The notes under the pieces are model-generated. The model did no database searches and was not told the origin of the DNA. It saw nothing but the letters and a program-made list of their open reading frames with translations. This document shows positions 32,471 to 42,981 of a DNA stretch of 64,000 nucleotides, piece after piece. The translations under genes and the position numbers were made by a program. The stretch's first letter is position 1, and each line of letters opens with the position of its first letter. The stretch comes from the human T2T-CHM13v2.0 reference genome, Homo sapiens, in the NCBI RefSeq assembly GCF_009914755.1, contig NC_060931.1; one strand, given 5' to 3'.

Positions 32471-33489
32471 TTACATTTTGGCATGATTTTGCAGCGGCTG
32501 GTACCGGTTGCTCCTTTCCATGTTTAGCGCTTCCTTCAGGAGCTCTTTTAGGGCAGGCCTGGTGGTGACAAAATCTCTCAGCATTTGCTTGTCTGTAAAG
32601 GATTTTATTTCTCCTTCACTTATGAAGCTTAGTTTGGCTGGATATGAAATTCTGGGTTGAAAATTCTTTTCTTTAAGAATGTTGAATATTGGCCCCCACT
32701 CTCTTCTGGCTTGTAGAGTTTCTGCTGAGAGATCTGCTGTTAGTCTGATGGGCTTCCCTTTGAGGGTAACCCGACCTTTCTCTCTGGCTGCCCTTAACAT
32801 TTTTTCCTTCATTTCAACTTTGGTGAATCTGACAATTATGTGTCTTGGAGTTGCTCTTCTCGAGGAGTATCTTTGTGGCGTTCTCTGTATTTCCTGAATC
32901 TGAATGTTGGCCTGCCTTGCTAGATTGGGGAAGTTCTCCTGGATAATATCCTGCAGAGTGTTTTCCAACTTGGTTCCATTCTCCCCATCACTTTCAGGTA
33001 CACCAATCAGACATAGATTTGGTCTTTTCACATAGTCCCATATTTCTTGGAGGCTTTGCTGATTTCTTTTTATTCTTTTTTCTCTAAACTTCCCTTCTCG
33101 CTTCATTTCATTCATTTCATCTTCCATCACTGATACCCTTTCTTCCAGTTGATCACATTGGCTCCTGAGGCTTCTGCATTCTTCACGTAGTTCTCGAGCC
33201 TTGGTTTTCAGCTCCATCAGCTCCTTTAAGCACTTCTCTGTATTGGTTATTCTAGTTATACATTCTTCTAAATTTTTTTTCAAAGTTTTCAACTTCTTTG
33301 CCTTTGGTTTGAATGTCCTCCCGTAGCTCAGAGTAATTTGATCGTCTGAAGCCTTCTTCTCTCAGCTCGTCAAAGTCATTCTCCATCCAGCTTTGTTCCG
33401 TTGCTGGTGAGGAGCTGCGTTCCTTTGGAGGAGGAGAGGCCCTCTGCTTTTTAGAGTTTCCAGTTTTTCTGTTCTGTTTTTTTCCCCAT
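32471..33489 (-). pseudogene. L1 ORF1 (RNA-binding chaperone), disabled
   Basis: ATG at 33489 reads MGKKTEQKNWKL* because of an extra A (T7 at 33477-33483). A second +1 lies at T8 33273-33280. The rest (REKG, ARR, YPAKLS motifs) is open to 32471. Confidence 0.93.
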
Positions 33490-34380
33490 CTTTGTGGTTT
33501 TATCTACTTTTGGTCTTTGATGATGGTGATGTACAGATGGGTTTTTGGTATGGATGTCCTTTCTGTTTGTTAGTTTTCCTTCTAACAGACAGGACCCTCA
33601 GCTGCAGGTCTGTTGGAGTACCATGCAGTGTGAGGTGTCAGTGTGCCCCTGCTGGAGGGTGCCTCCCAGTTAGGCTGCTCGGGGGTCAGGGGTCAGGGAC
33701 CCACTTGAGGAGGCAGTCTGCCCGTTCTCAGATCTCCAGCTGCTTACTGGGAGAACCACTGCTCTCTTCCAAGCTGTCAGACAGGGACATTTAAGTCTGC
33801 AGAGGTTACTGCTGTCTTTTTGTTTGTCTGTGCCCTGCCCCCAGAGGTGGAGCCTACAGAGGCAGGCCTCCTTGAGCTGTGGTGGGCTCCACCCAGTTCG
33901 AGCTTCCAGGCTGCTTTGTTTACCTAAGCAAGCCTGGGCAATGGTGGGCGCCCCTCCCCCAGCCTCGCTGCCGCCTTGCAGTGTGATCTCAGACTGCTGT
34001 GCTAGCAATCAGCGAGACTCCGTGGGCGTAGGACCCTCCGAGCCAGGTGCGGGATATAATCTCGTGATGCGCTGTTTTTTAAGCCCGTCGGAAAAGCGCA
34101 GTATTCGGGTGGGAGTGACCCGATTTTCCAGGTGCCGTCTGTCACCCCTTTCTTTGACTCAGAAAGGGAACTCCCTGACCCCTTGCGCTTCCCAAGTGAG
34201 GCAATGCCTCACCCTGCTTTGGCTCGCGCATGGTGCGCACACCCACTGACCTGTGCCCACTGTCTGGCGCTCCCTAGTGAGATGAACCCGGTGCCTCAGA
34301 TGGAAATGCAGAAATCACCCGTCTTCTGCGTCACTCACGCTGGGAGCTGTAGACCGGAGCTGTTCCTATTCGGCCATCTT
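33490..34380. promoter_or_regulatory. L1 5'UTR: sense promoter (points -) and antisense promoter (points +, same direction as BMPER); YY1 motif at 34371-34381
   Basis: L1PA 5'UTR sequence; appears to be the most extended CpG-rich stretch in the window (~33940-34380); activity not demonstrable from sequence. Confidence 0.8.
33941..34249 (+). CDS. L1 ORF0 (primate antisense ORF), open, 102 aa
   Basis: MVGAPPPASLPPCSVISDCCASNQRDSVGVGPSEPG... matches the ORF0 N-terminus; ATG in context gcaATGg; part of ORF-track entry 33824..34249. Expression unknown. Confidence 0.6.
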   Translation: MVGAPPPASLPPCSVISDCCASNQRDSVGVGPSEPGAGYNLVMRCFLSPSEKRSIRVGVTRFSRCRLSPLSLTQKGNSLTPCASQVRQCLTLLWLAHGAHTH

Positions 34381-34479
34381 GTGTTTGGTATTTTTAAAAG
34401 TTTTGCCTTTGCTGTTAGATTATTCTGATTGACTTTAGGGCGTGATGATGGATTCTATGTGCCATGGGGGGATTGTTGT

Positions 34480-34640
34480 GAACAAAAGGCCATTGTCCTG
34501 GGAGTGAGGAGACCTGTGGTCCTGTCCTACCTCTACCATTGGCTAGTTATGTCACCTGGAACCTTCCCACTCACCTCTTTGGGATTCAGTTTCCCCATCA
34601 GTAAAATAAGGACTTGTTAGAATCTTTTCAGTTCTACAAT
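34480..34640 (+). mobile_element. MIR fragment
   Basis: ggagtgaggagacctg...ttcagtttccccatcagtaaaataagga. Confidence 0.6.
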
Positions 34641-35649
34641 TCTATAATATCTCAATTCAGAAAGGGCCTTCACTTTCCCAGGAAGCAAATTATTTGACTG
34701 ACTCTAAATACCAATTAATAGAAAAATTTTTTCTTATAGGTCACTGATACATTTTAAAATGTACATCTTAAAATTTACTTTTGAATTTTTATACTGTAAA
34801 ATTTACTCTTTTTTGGGATATGGGAATTTTTATAAATGCAGTCATATACATTTTTAAATAGTGAATATTATCATAAATTATATTCAAAGATGCAAAAAGT
34901 CTTTACTTATGATTGTGGCCATGGTACAGCTTATTGTATTAAAAAACTAAAAAGACTCTTACATAATAAAGTTTCTCTAAAATACTAAGACATGTGTGGT
35001 ACCTCATATGTATCTAGGATAAAGAGCAAGAGGCTCTCATCCATTTTGGAGGACATGAACTTCTTCACTCATGAGATGGATTTGTGGGTTCTGTTTGCAG
35101 AAATACAATTAGAAGTGGAGGAAGCTTTCCTTTTCCTCCTGAAGGCAAGGAGAAGACAATAAAATAGGACAATGTTGAGAGCCAGGATGAGACCTCCTGT
35201 TGCAAGGCTCTATCATGGATGCTGCTGAATGGGTGGACCTTATATTTCTATGCTTGTTGTACAATCTTATATTCCTAAGCTCAGAAATGGAAAGGCATTC
35301 CAGTAGCATGGTATGCCTCCACATTAGCATAAAACCAGGCCATGTAAGATTGATGATATTTGGAAGAGCTTTGAGGTTCTCTAAGCAGACAGAGACCCCT
35401 GCTGTTTTTGGCAGCGTTGGTTCCATGAGGCCTGTGCAGATGTTAAGGTGTTGCTTCCTTCTCTGTGTTAATCCTTGTTGCTTCCCTATTTCAGGTGTTG
35501 TCCAAATGTTGTACAAAAGAGGCCTGAATTTTCTATGAATTGGGGTCCCATGTTCAGAGTCTTACAGTCAGGGGCCACCTCACAAGTTCCATATATTCTA
35601 CCTGGGATCTGGCCCCACTGAGGCCAGGGTGCCCTGGTGGGTGGAACAT

Positions 35650-35760
35650 GGTTTCTGGAGTTGGTCAGACAGGGATTCCATTCAGCTCTGCTCCTCGAGC
35701 AAATAAGTGTACAGCTCCAAGCCTCACTTTCCTCATTTATAAAATGGGGATACTGCTTCT
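35650..35760 (+). mobile_element. MIR fragment
   Basis: agcctcactttcctcatttataaaatggggata. Confidence 0.6.
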
Positions 35761-36380
35761 TGGCAAACAATACCCAGAAACCCTCTGTTCTCTTCCTCTA
35801 TCTCTAACATGGTTGCTGCAGCAAATAGGACCTATGAAGCTATTTCATGCATAAAGAGCTTTGTGCAAAACAAAAAAGTTAAGATCCCTTGCTTCTCAAT
35901 GTAGAAATGAAAAAGTCGCTTTAGTAAAACTGTAGGGCTTTGGAGCCCCAGAGAGTCCCACCCCCATTTTTTTTTTAAATAAAAGAAGTCCCAGCTGGTT
36001 GTGAGGATTTCATGGAATAATACATGCTGTGCCTGCTAGCCAGCATCTACTAGGTGACTCCTTTTCCTGCATAGCTGAGTGATTTTTAGCTGTCGTATTT
36101 TTTTATGGTTACCTGCTTAAATTCACTCTTTAGGACACTCACTTTTATATCAAACCCAAATATTTTAAGCCTAAGTTTTCTGGTTTGGTTTACTGAGGAG
36201 AAACCTACCAAATGGCTTCTTGCTGTCTACAATTATTGCCCTTCATACAGAAGGCTATGCATAGGGAGATAGTGGTTTGTAGTCTGAATCATTTCTTTTC
36301 TTCAGTAAGTAGTGACTGCACTTTATTTAATACCTGTTTATGATGGGAAGGTCTACCACCATTCTAGTAATATTCTAATC

Positions 36381-36735
36381 TTGCACTGTCTGGTAGAAAT
36401 ATGGTGTGAGCCACATATGCAATTTTTAATTTTCTGGTAGCTGCGTTACTGTAAGTTTTTAAAAAGTTGAATTAATTTTCCATTAAAATAAGTTTAAAAA
36501 GGTGAATAATTTTCATAATACACCATCCCTAACCCCATATATCCAAAATATTATTGTTTCAACATGTAATCATTATAAAAATATTAATAGGATATCTTAC
36601 ATTCTCTTTATTTTTGTACTAAGACTTTAAATTCCAGTGTGTATTTCTCACTTACAGCATTCTTATTTCAGGCTAACCACATTTCCAGTGCTCAATCGCA
36701 CATGTGGCTGGTGGCTACCATATTGGACAGTGCAA
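36381..36735. mobile_element. MER33 hAT-Charlie fossil
   Basis: gagccacatatgcaattttt...ttcaacatgtaatca...cacatgtggctggtggctaccatattggacagtgca. Confidence 0.85.
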
Positions 36736-37041
36736 GTGTAACCTATCTTGAGGGATAAGGAAGGAGCAGGTCTTATGTTCATGCTCAACAGGACCCTCCC
36801 TCCTCCCTCCCACTTAATGCCATCACATCCCATGTTGATATTCTCTACCCAGTTGGTACTGATATTGTGTGGAGAGATCAGGATGAAAGTGAAAGTGAAA
36901 GTTAATTACCCACCAGAGTGATCTTTTCTAAGTGTCATGTCCCCCTCTGCTTCAGATTTTCTAATGGCATCATCTATTATTTTTCCAAGTTAAAGCCAGA
37001 GCTCCCCTCTGCCCTCAACTTGTCTTCCAAGACTCTCCTTC

Positions 37042-37418
37042 TGATATGGTTTAGCTCTGTGTCCCAACTCAAATCTCTTCTTGAATTGTAATCCAAGTTG
37101 TAATCCCCATGTGTTGAGGGAGGGACCTGGTGGGAGGTGATTGAATGAAGGATGCAGTTTCCCCCATGATATTCTCGTGATAGTGAGTTCTTACAAGACC
37201 TGGTTGTTCGATAGTGTCTGGCGCTTCCCTCTTCATGCTCTCTCTCTCCTGCTGCCTTGTGAAGAAGGTGCTTGCTTCTCCTTCATCTTCTGCCATGATT
37301 GTAGGTTTCCTGAGGCCTCCTCAGCCATGTAGAAGTGTGAGTCAATTAAACCTCTTTCCTCTATAAATTACCCAGTCTTGGGTATTTCTTTATAGCAGTG
37401 TGAAAACGGAGTAATATA
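37042..37418 (+). mobile_element. THE1D-like MaLR solo LTR inserted in an L2
   Basis: tgatatggtttagctctgtgtccc...gtgagtcaattaaacctctttc...tatagcagtgtgaaaacgga. Confidence 0.88.
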
Positions 37419-37895
37419 CCCTTGTATACTTTTTCCAGACCCTCTGGGCTCCCTGTTGTTCCTTGAATGTGTCAGACACGTTCTCACCTCAGTTCTTTTG
37501 TATTTGAATGTTCTGTCCAGAAGACTCTTCCCCAGATGCCCACATATCTGACTTCTTCAGCTCCTTGAAGGAAATGAAGGAGCCAGATATGCTTGAATGT
37601 CACCTGCTTAGTGACGTTTTTCCTATTAAAATGGTAACCCTGCTTTGCTCCTAAATCCCCCTGCCACCAGATACTCCCTACTAAACTGACTTTGTTTATT
37701 TTTCCCCATTGCTTATTTATCACCTGCTGATGTGCTTTTTTCATTTTGTCTTTCTCTTCTTTCCCTGCCCTGGTAGAATACAAGCTCCATTAGGACTGGG
37801 ACATTGTTTTGTTCATTGCTGTATCTCCACGACCTAAAATGGAACTTAGCACATTGTAGGTGCTCAACAAATATTTGCCTAGTGAATGAATGAAC
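37419..37895 (+). mobile_element. LINE-2 3' end (upstream part continues ~36900-37041)
   Basis: Canonical L2 tail cacattgtaggtgctcaacaaatatttgcctagtgaatgaatgaa. Confidence 0.8.
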
Positions 37896-40059
37896 AAATA
37901 CCAAGCATTTGATATTTCTAAAGACACAAAATTCCAATCACAGTATTTATCAACAGTTGATTAACATTTGGGAAAGTCCTGAATTCCATTCTATTACCCA
38001 AGATAAATGGAGTTACCTTGCTTAGTTTGGAAAACACTATCAAATTGTCTGTGCGTTATCCTTGTTCTGGTTTAGAAAACCCTCTAATGGGCCCTTCTAT
38101 GGTGTCCAGGTCAGCTAGACTTCGGTGGGAATCTGGTCATTGCCCTCAAACACCAGTACTGTTTGCTTTTAAATTGTGACTTGTTGGAATGTCAGAGCAG
38201 ACTCTAATTTGTGAGTTCTTGAATGCTTTTCCTTCTTTGGAAGGGAATACTCTGGAATTCTCAAAACTTAGGCACTCTCAAGTTGAAGATTTACTGGGGG
38301 CAGATTGGATTACCTCCTCTAACTTTACAAATCCACAAACACTTCAAACAAACCTCTCCCGTTCAGTTTCAGCAGACTCCCTGAGAACGTTGTGAACAAG
38401 AACACAGGGTCAAGGCTGAATGGTGAGCTGGGCTGTTGTTGTTGGCTGGATCTGTGTGGGGAGCAGCCCTAACCATGGCTTTGTGCAGCCAAACAGTGTG
38501 ATGTGATCCCCCGGCTGCCGAAGGCCTGGCAGATGACAGAGTCTGGCGCAGTGGCCGACCTGCTCATCAGAGGAGAGGCCAGTCTAATTTAGAAGCCAAA
38601 CAACTTTCTTTTGTCTTACTTGTTTTTCTTCCAAGAAGGTGAAGTTTTGAAGGCCTCAGCAGGAGAGAAGCCTCTAGTGTTGGGAAGGCTGTCTCAAGAT
38701 TTCATGACTTGCAGTATGGAGATGAGCAAGGAGCTCTCAACATCTCTTTCTTCCCTGCCCGCCTGCTCTGAGCCCCTGAACCTAAAGTTGGCAATGACTA
38801 TAAAGAGATTTCATGCGAAGTCATTCTTTCTAGCAGTGGGGTGCTTCGCACCATTCTCTTACATGTTCCCAGAGAGGAAATCAAACCTTTGTACACAGCT
38901 TTAGAGTCAAAATTCAAAATGGCAGTTTCTAGGCACTGGTTCCCTTTTGACTTCACTTTACCTGCCTGGGCACTGAGGACACCGTGAGCTTTGTCTGCAG
39001 AGGATGTGCAACTTGGTGAATGAGAACTTAGAATTCTAAGTCAAGAAGATCTTGCAGCTAGTTTAAAAAAATGGTAAGGTAGCTTTGAATTAAACCCAAC
39101 AATTTCAAGCTTTAAAAAGATGTGTTCTCCCCATAAAAATAATCAGATATAGGAAGACTTGTTTGTAAACTTTATTTTTATTAGGAAATAATTTTTGTAT
39201 GTTCAAATTTTGATTAATGTGGAACAGGCTTTACGTTATTTACTGGTTTGTATTGTTATAGCATTTATAGAAGATATAGTTTGACCACAACTTCTGAATT
39301 TATTCAGATAAAGTATATTTTGCCTCATATCAGTTTCTCTTTTCTCTCAGAGCCTTTCCTTCTGGGACCTTCAGTCCACAGCTGATAATCTAGATAAGAG
39401 GGTATCCAGCCTGTTGGCTGCTCAGTTTCTGACCTTCCCACAATCCTAGTTGAATGAGTCCAAATGAGTTTGAAAGGCTGGAGTTGAATTCTGCATAAAC
39501 CTGAGGCTTGGGAATGATGACAAGGCTTAAAGGAGGGCAGGGAGGCCATAGAGAGCACATCTTATCCTCCAGGCTTTTCTTTCTTACCTTCCCTCAATTC
39601 CTTCTGTTAAATACCTCTTTGATTTCTCCCCATTCTCAGAACTTAAAAGGCCACTACGCTCAGAAATGAAGTGGAGACCTCATCAAACCCTCTAGGGGAG
39701 AGTGCCATAACCAGAGCCTAATGATCAAGATAGAGTTTTATATTTGTCTGTCACAAATTGGTTAACATCTGTGTTCATTTTTCTGATCTACTAAAAAATG
39801 GCCCATCTGTAATTCTTTTCTCCAACAAACTCATGCATCACGTAATAATCACATGTCGAGTGCACAGGCTGGAGAAGAGAAGGTGAAAAGAAGGGTTAGG
39901 AACAGTGTGACCAAATTATGTTCAAAAAGGAGCTATGTGGTTCAACCATCCCAAGTCTCTAGTGTCCTTGTGACTCTGACATGTTTTAGTGTGGGAGTGC
40001 AACCATTCATTCATTTATTCATTCAATGTTATAAAAGAAAAAAAGAAATTTGGACGGTG

Positions 40060-40480
40060 TTTTTAGATGAAGATAGATGAAAGAGACTGGATCTTGGATT
40101 GAAAAAAAATACTATAAAAGATATTAGGACAGTTGGGGAAATTTGAAGGTTGACTATATATTAGATGATAGTACTATATTAATATTAAATTTCCTAGTGT
40201 GTATTATGTTGTGGTTATAAAAGAAAAGAAAAATATTTTTAACCCTAAGAGATACAGTCTTAATTAGGGGTAAGGTATCTACAAAGGAATCTTAAATGGT
40301 TCAGGAAAAAGTCTCTCTCTCTTCCTCTCTTTCTGTCTCTCTCTCCCAGCAGAGAGGGAAAAGTATTAAAAAATACTAAAAACTGCTGATTCTAGGTGAA
40401 GGACATTTGGGTGTGCATGATACTATATTTTAAGTTTCTGAAGGTTTGAAACTTTTCAAAATTAAAAGTTAGTGAAAAAA
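40060..40480 (+). mobile_element. L1ME-like 3' end fragment with internal (TC)n
   Basis: ctggatcttggatt...gactatatattagatgat...gtttgaaacttttcaaaattaaaagtt. Confidence 0.6.
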
Positions 40481-41909
40481 TAGAAAGTTGTCGCAAAGGT
40501 ATTTCTTGTCATCTTATTGGCCAATGGGATATAGCCCATTTCACCATTAAGTATGATGCTAGTTGTGGATTTTTTTGTAAATGCCTTTATCATGTCAAGA
40601 AAGTTCCTCTTATTTTTAGTTAGTTGAGTATTTTGAACATGAATAGGTGCTGGATTTTGTTAAATGCATTTTCTGCATCTATTGAGATGATCTTGTGGTT
40701 TTTGTCCTTTTTTATATTAACATGATGCTTTATATTAATTTTCATATTTTAAACCAACCTTACATTTCTGCGATAACTCTCACATGCTATATCTTTTTTT
40801 TATATATTGTTGTACTCAATTTGCTAGTATTTTGTTGAAGACTTTTGTATCTATATTCAAAAAGTGTTTGATCTGTAGGGTTTTTGTGATATCTTTGTTT
40901 TTTTTGTATCAGGTTAATAAAGGCTTCATAGAACAGGTTGGGAAGTGTTCTCTACTCTTATTTTTTGGAAAACTTTGTGAAGGACTTGTGTTAATTGTTT
41001 TTTAAACATTTGATAGAATTCAACAGTAAAGCTACCTGGGCCTGGGCTTTTCTTCATGGGAATTTTTTGAATACTTATTAAATTTCTTCATATGGCATGA
41101 ATATGAGTCTATTCAGATATTTAAAATTTTTCTTCTTGAGTCAGATTCAGTAGTTTGTGTGTTTCTAGGAGTTTGTCCATTTCATGTAGGTTTTCTAATT
41201 TGTTGGCATACAGTTGTTCATAATAGTCCCTCATAATCTTTCACTTTTCTACAGTCAGCAGCAATATTCTTGCTTCAATTCTGATTTTAGTAATTTGAAT
41301 CTGCTTTCTTTTTTTTTTTTTTCTGTTCAGTCTAGTTAATGGTTTATCAATTTTGTTGAAATTTTAAAAGAACCTACTTTTGGTTTCATCGAATTCTGTT
41401 TTTCTATTCTCGATTTCACATATTGCCATTCTAGTCTTCATCATTTTCTTTCTTCTGGTGACTTTAAGGTTTAGTTACTATTCTTTTCCTAATTTGTTAA
41501 GTGGAAGGTTAAGTTATTGATTTGAGATTGTTTGCCTTTTTAAAATATAAGTGTTTACAGGTACGCATTTCTCTCTAAGTACTATTTTGGTTATATCCCA
41601 TAAGTGTTTTTATTTTCATTCATCTAAAAGAATTTTCTAATTTCTTTTGTCATGTCTTTTTTTACTTACTGGTTTTGGGAATGTGTTGTTTAATTTCTAT
41701 GTATTTTTGAATTTCCCAAATTTCCTTCTTTTATTGACTTTCAATTTTATTCTTTTGAAATTAGAGAACATATTTTTATTATTTAAATTTTTAAAAATTC
41801 ATTGAGACTTGTTTTATGGCCAAATATATGGTGTATTGTGGAGAATGTTGTATGTGTATTTGAGAAGAGTGTGTATTTTGTTGTTTTAGAGTGGAGCGTT
41901 CTCTGTAGA

Positions 41910-42267
41910 CAGATGACCTCTGACTTAATGACTGCTCAACTTATGATTTTAGGACTTTATGATGGTGAGAAAATGATACACATTTTGTAGAAACTGTACT
42001 TCTAATACCCATACAATCATTCTGTTTTTTACTTTCAGTACAGTATTCAATAAGTTACATGAGATATTTAATATTTTATTATAAAATAGGCTTTGGGTTA
42101 TATGATTTTGCCCAACTGTAGGCTAATGTAAATGTTCTTAGCATGATTAAGGTAGGCTCAGGCTAAGCTATGAAGTTTGGTAGGTTGTATTAAATGCATT
42201 TTTAATGATTTTCAACTTATGATTGCTTTAGTGGGTTATAATCCCATCATAAGTTGAGAAGCATCTT
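41910..42267 (-). mobile_element. MER47A inserted in the L1M
   Basis: Reverse complement of the 18399-18733 family (tattataaaataggctttg, gcccaactgtaggctaatgtaa); L1 sequence resumes on both sides. Confidence 0.85.
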
Positions 42268-42917
42268 TGTATCTGTTAGGCCTACTTGATTAACAGTGTT
42301 TTTCAAGTCTTCTATTTCCTTGTTAATATTCTGCTTAGTTGTTCTATCTATTATTGAAAGTAGAGTATTGAATTCTCAAATTATTTTTGTAGTTTCTTTC
42401 TTCAATTCTTTCAGTTTTTGCTTCATATATGTTAGGCCTCTTTTAAGTGCATATATGTTTATAATTGTTATGTCTTCCTGATGGCCTCTTATTATTGTAA
42501 AATGTCTTTCTTTGTCTCTAGCAACAATTTTTGTCTTAAAGACTTTTTTGTTTGATGATAGTATAGTCCCTACTGCTCTCTTTCAGTTACTTTGCATAGT
42601 ATATCTTTCTTCTATCCTTTTACTTTCAACTTACTTGTTTCTTTGAATCTAAAGTGTGTCTCTTGTAGACAGTATATAGTTTTATCCTGCTTTAAAAAAA
42701 AATCAATTCTGCCAGTCTCTGCTTTTTGATTGGAATATTTGGCCCATTTCCATTTAATGTAATTTTTGATAAGATAGGATTTTTATCTGATGTTTTGCTG
42801 GTTTTTGTATGTCTTATGTCTTTTTTGTTCTGCAGTTCCTCCATTACTATCATATTTTGTGTTAAGTAGAAATTTTCTAGTATACTATTTTAATTCTAAT
42901 ATAAATTTCTAGTATAA

Positions 42918-42981
42918 ATGTGTGTACACACACACACATATATACACACACACACATATATATACACACATACATATATGT
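42918..42981. repeat. Compound (CA)n(TA)n microsatellite
   Basis: Direct inspection. Confidence 0.8.
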
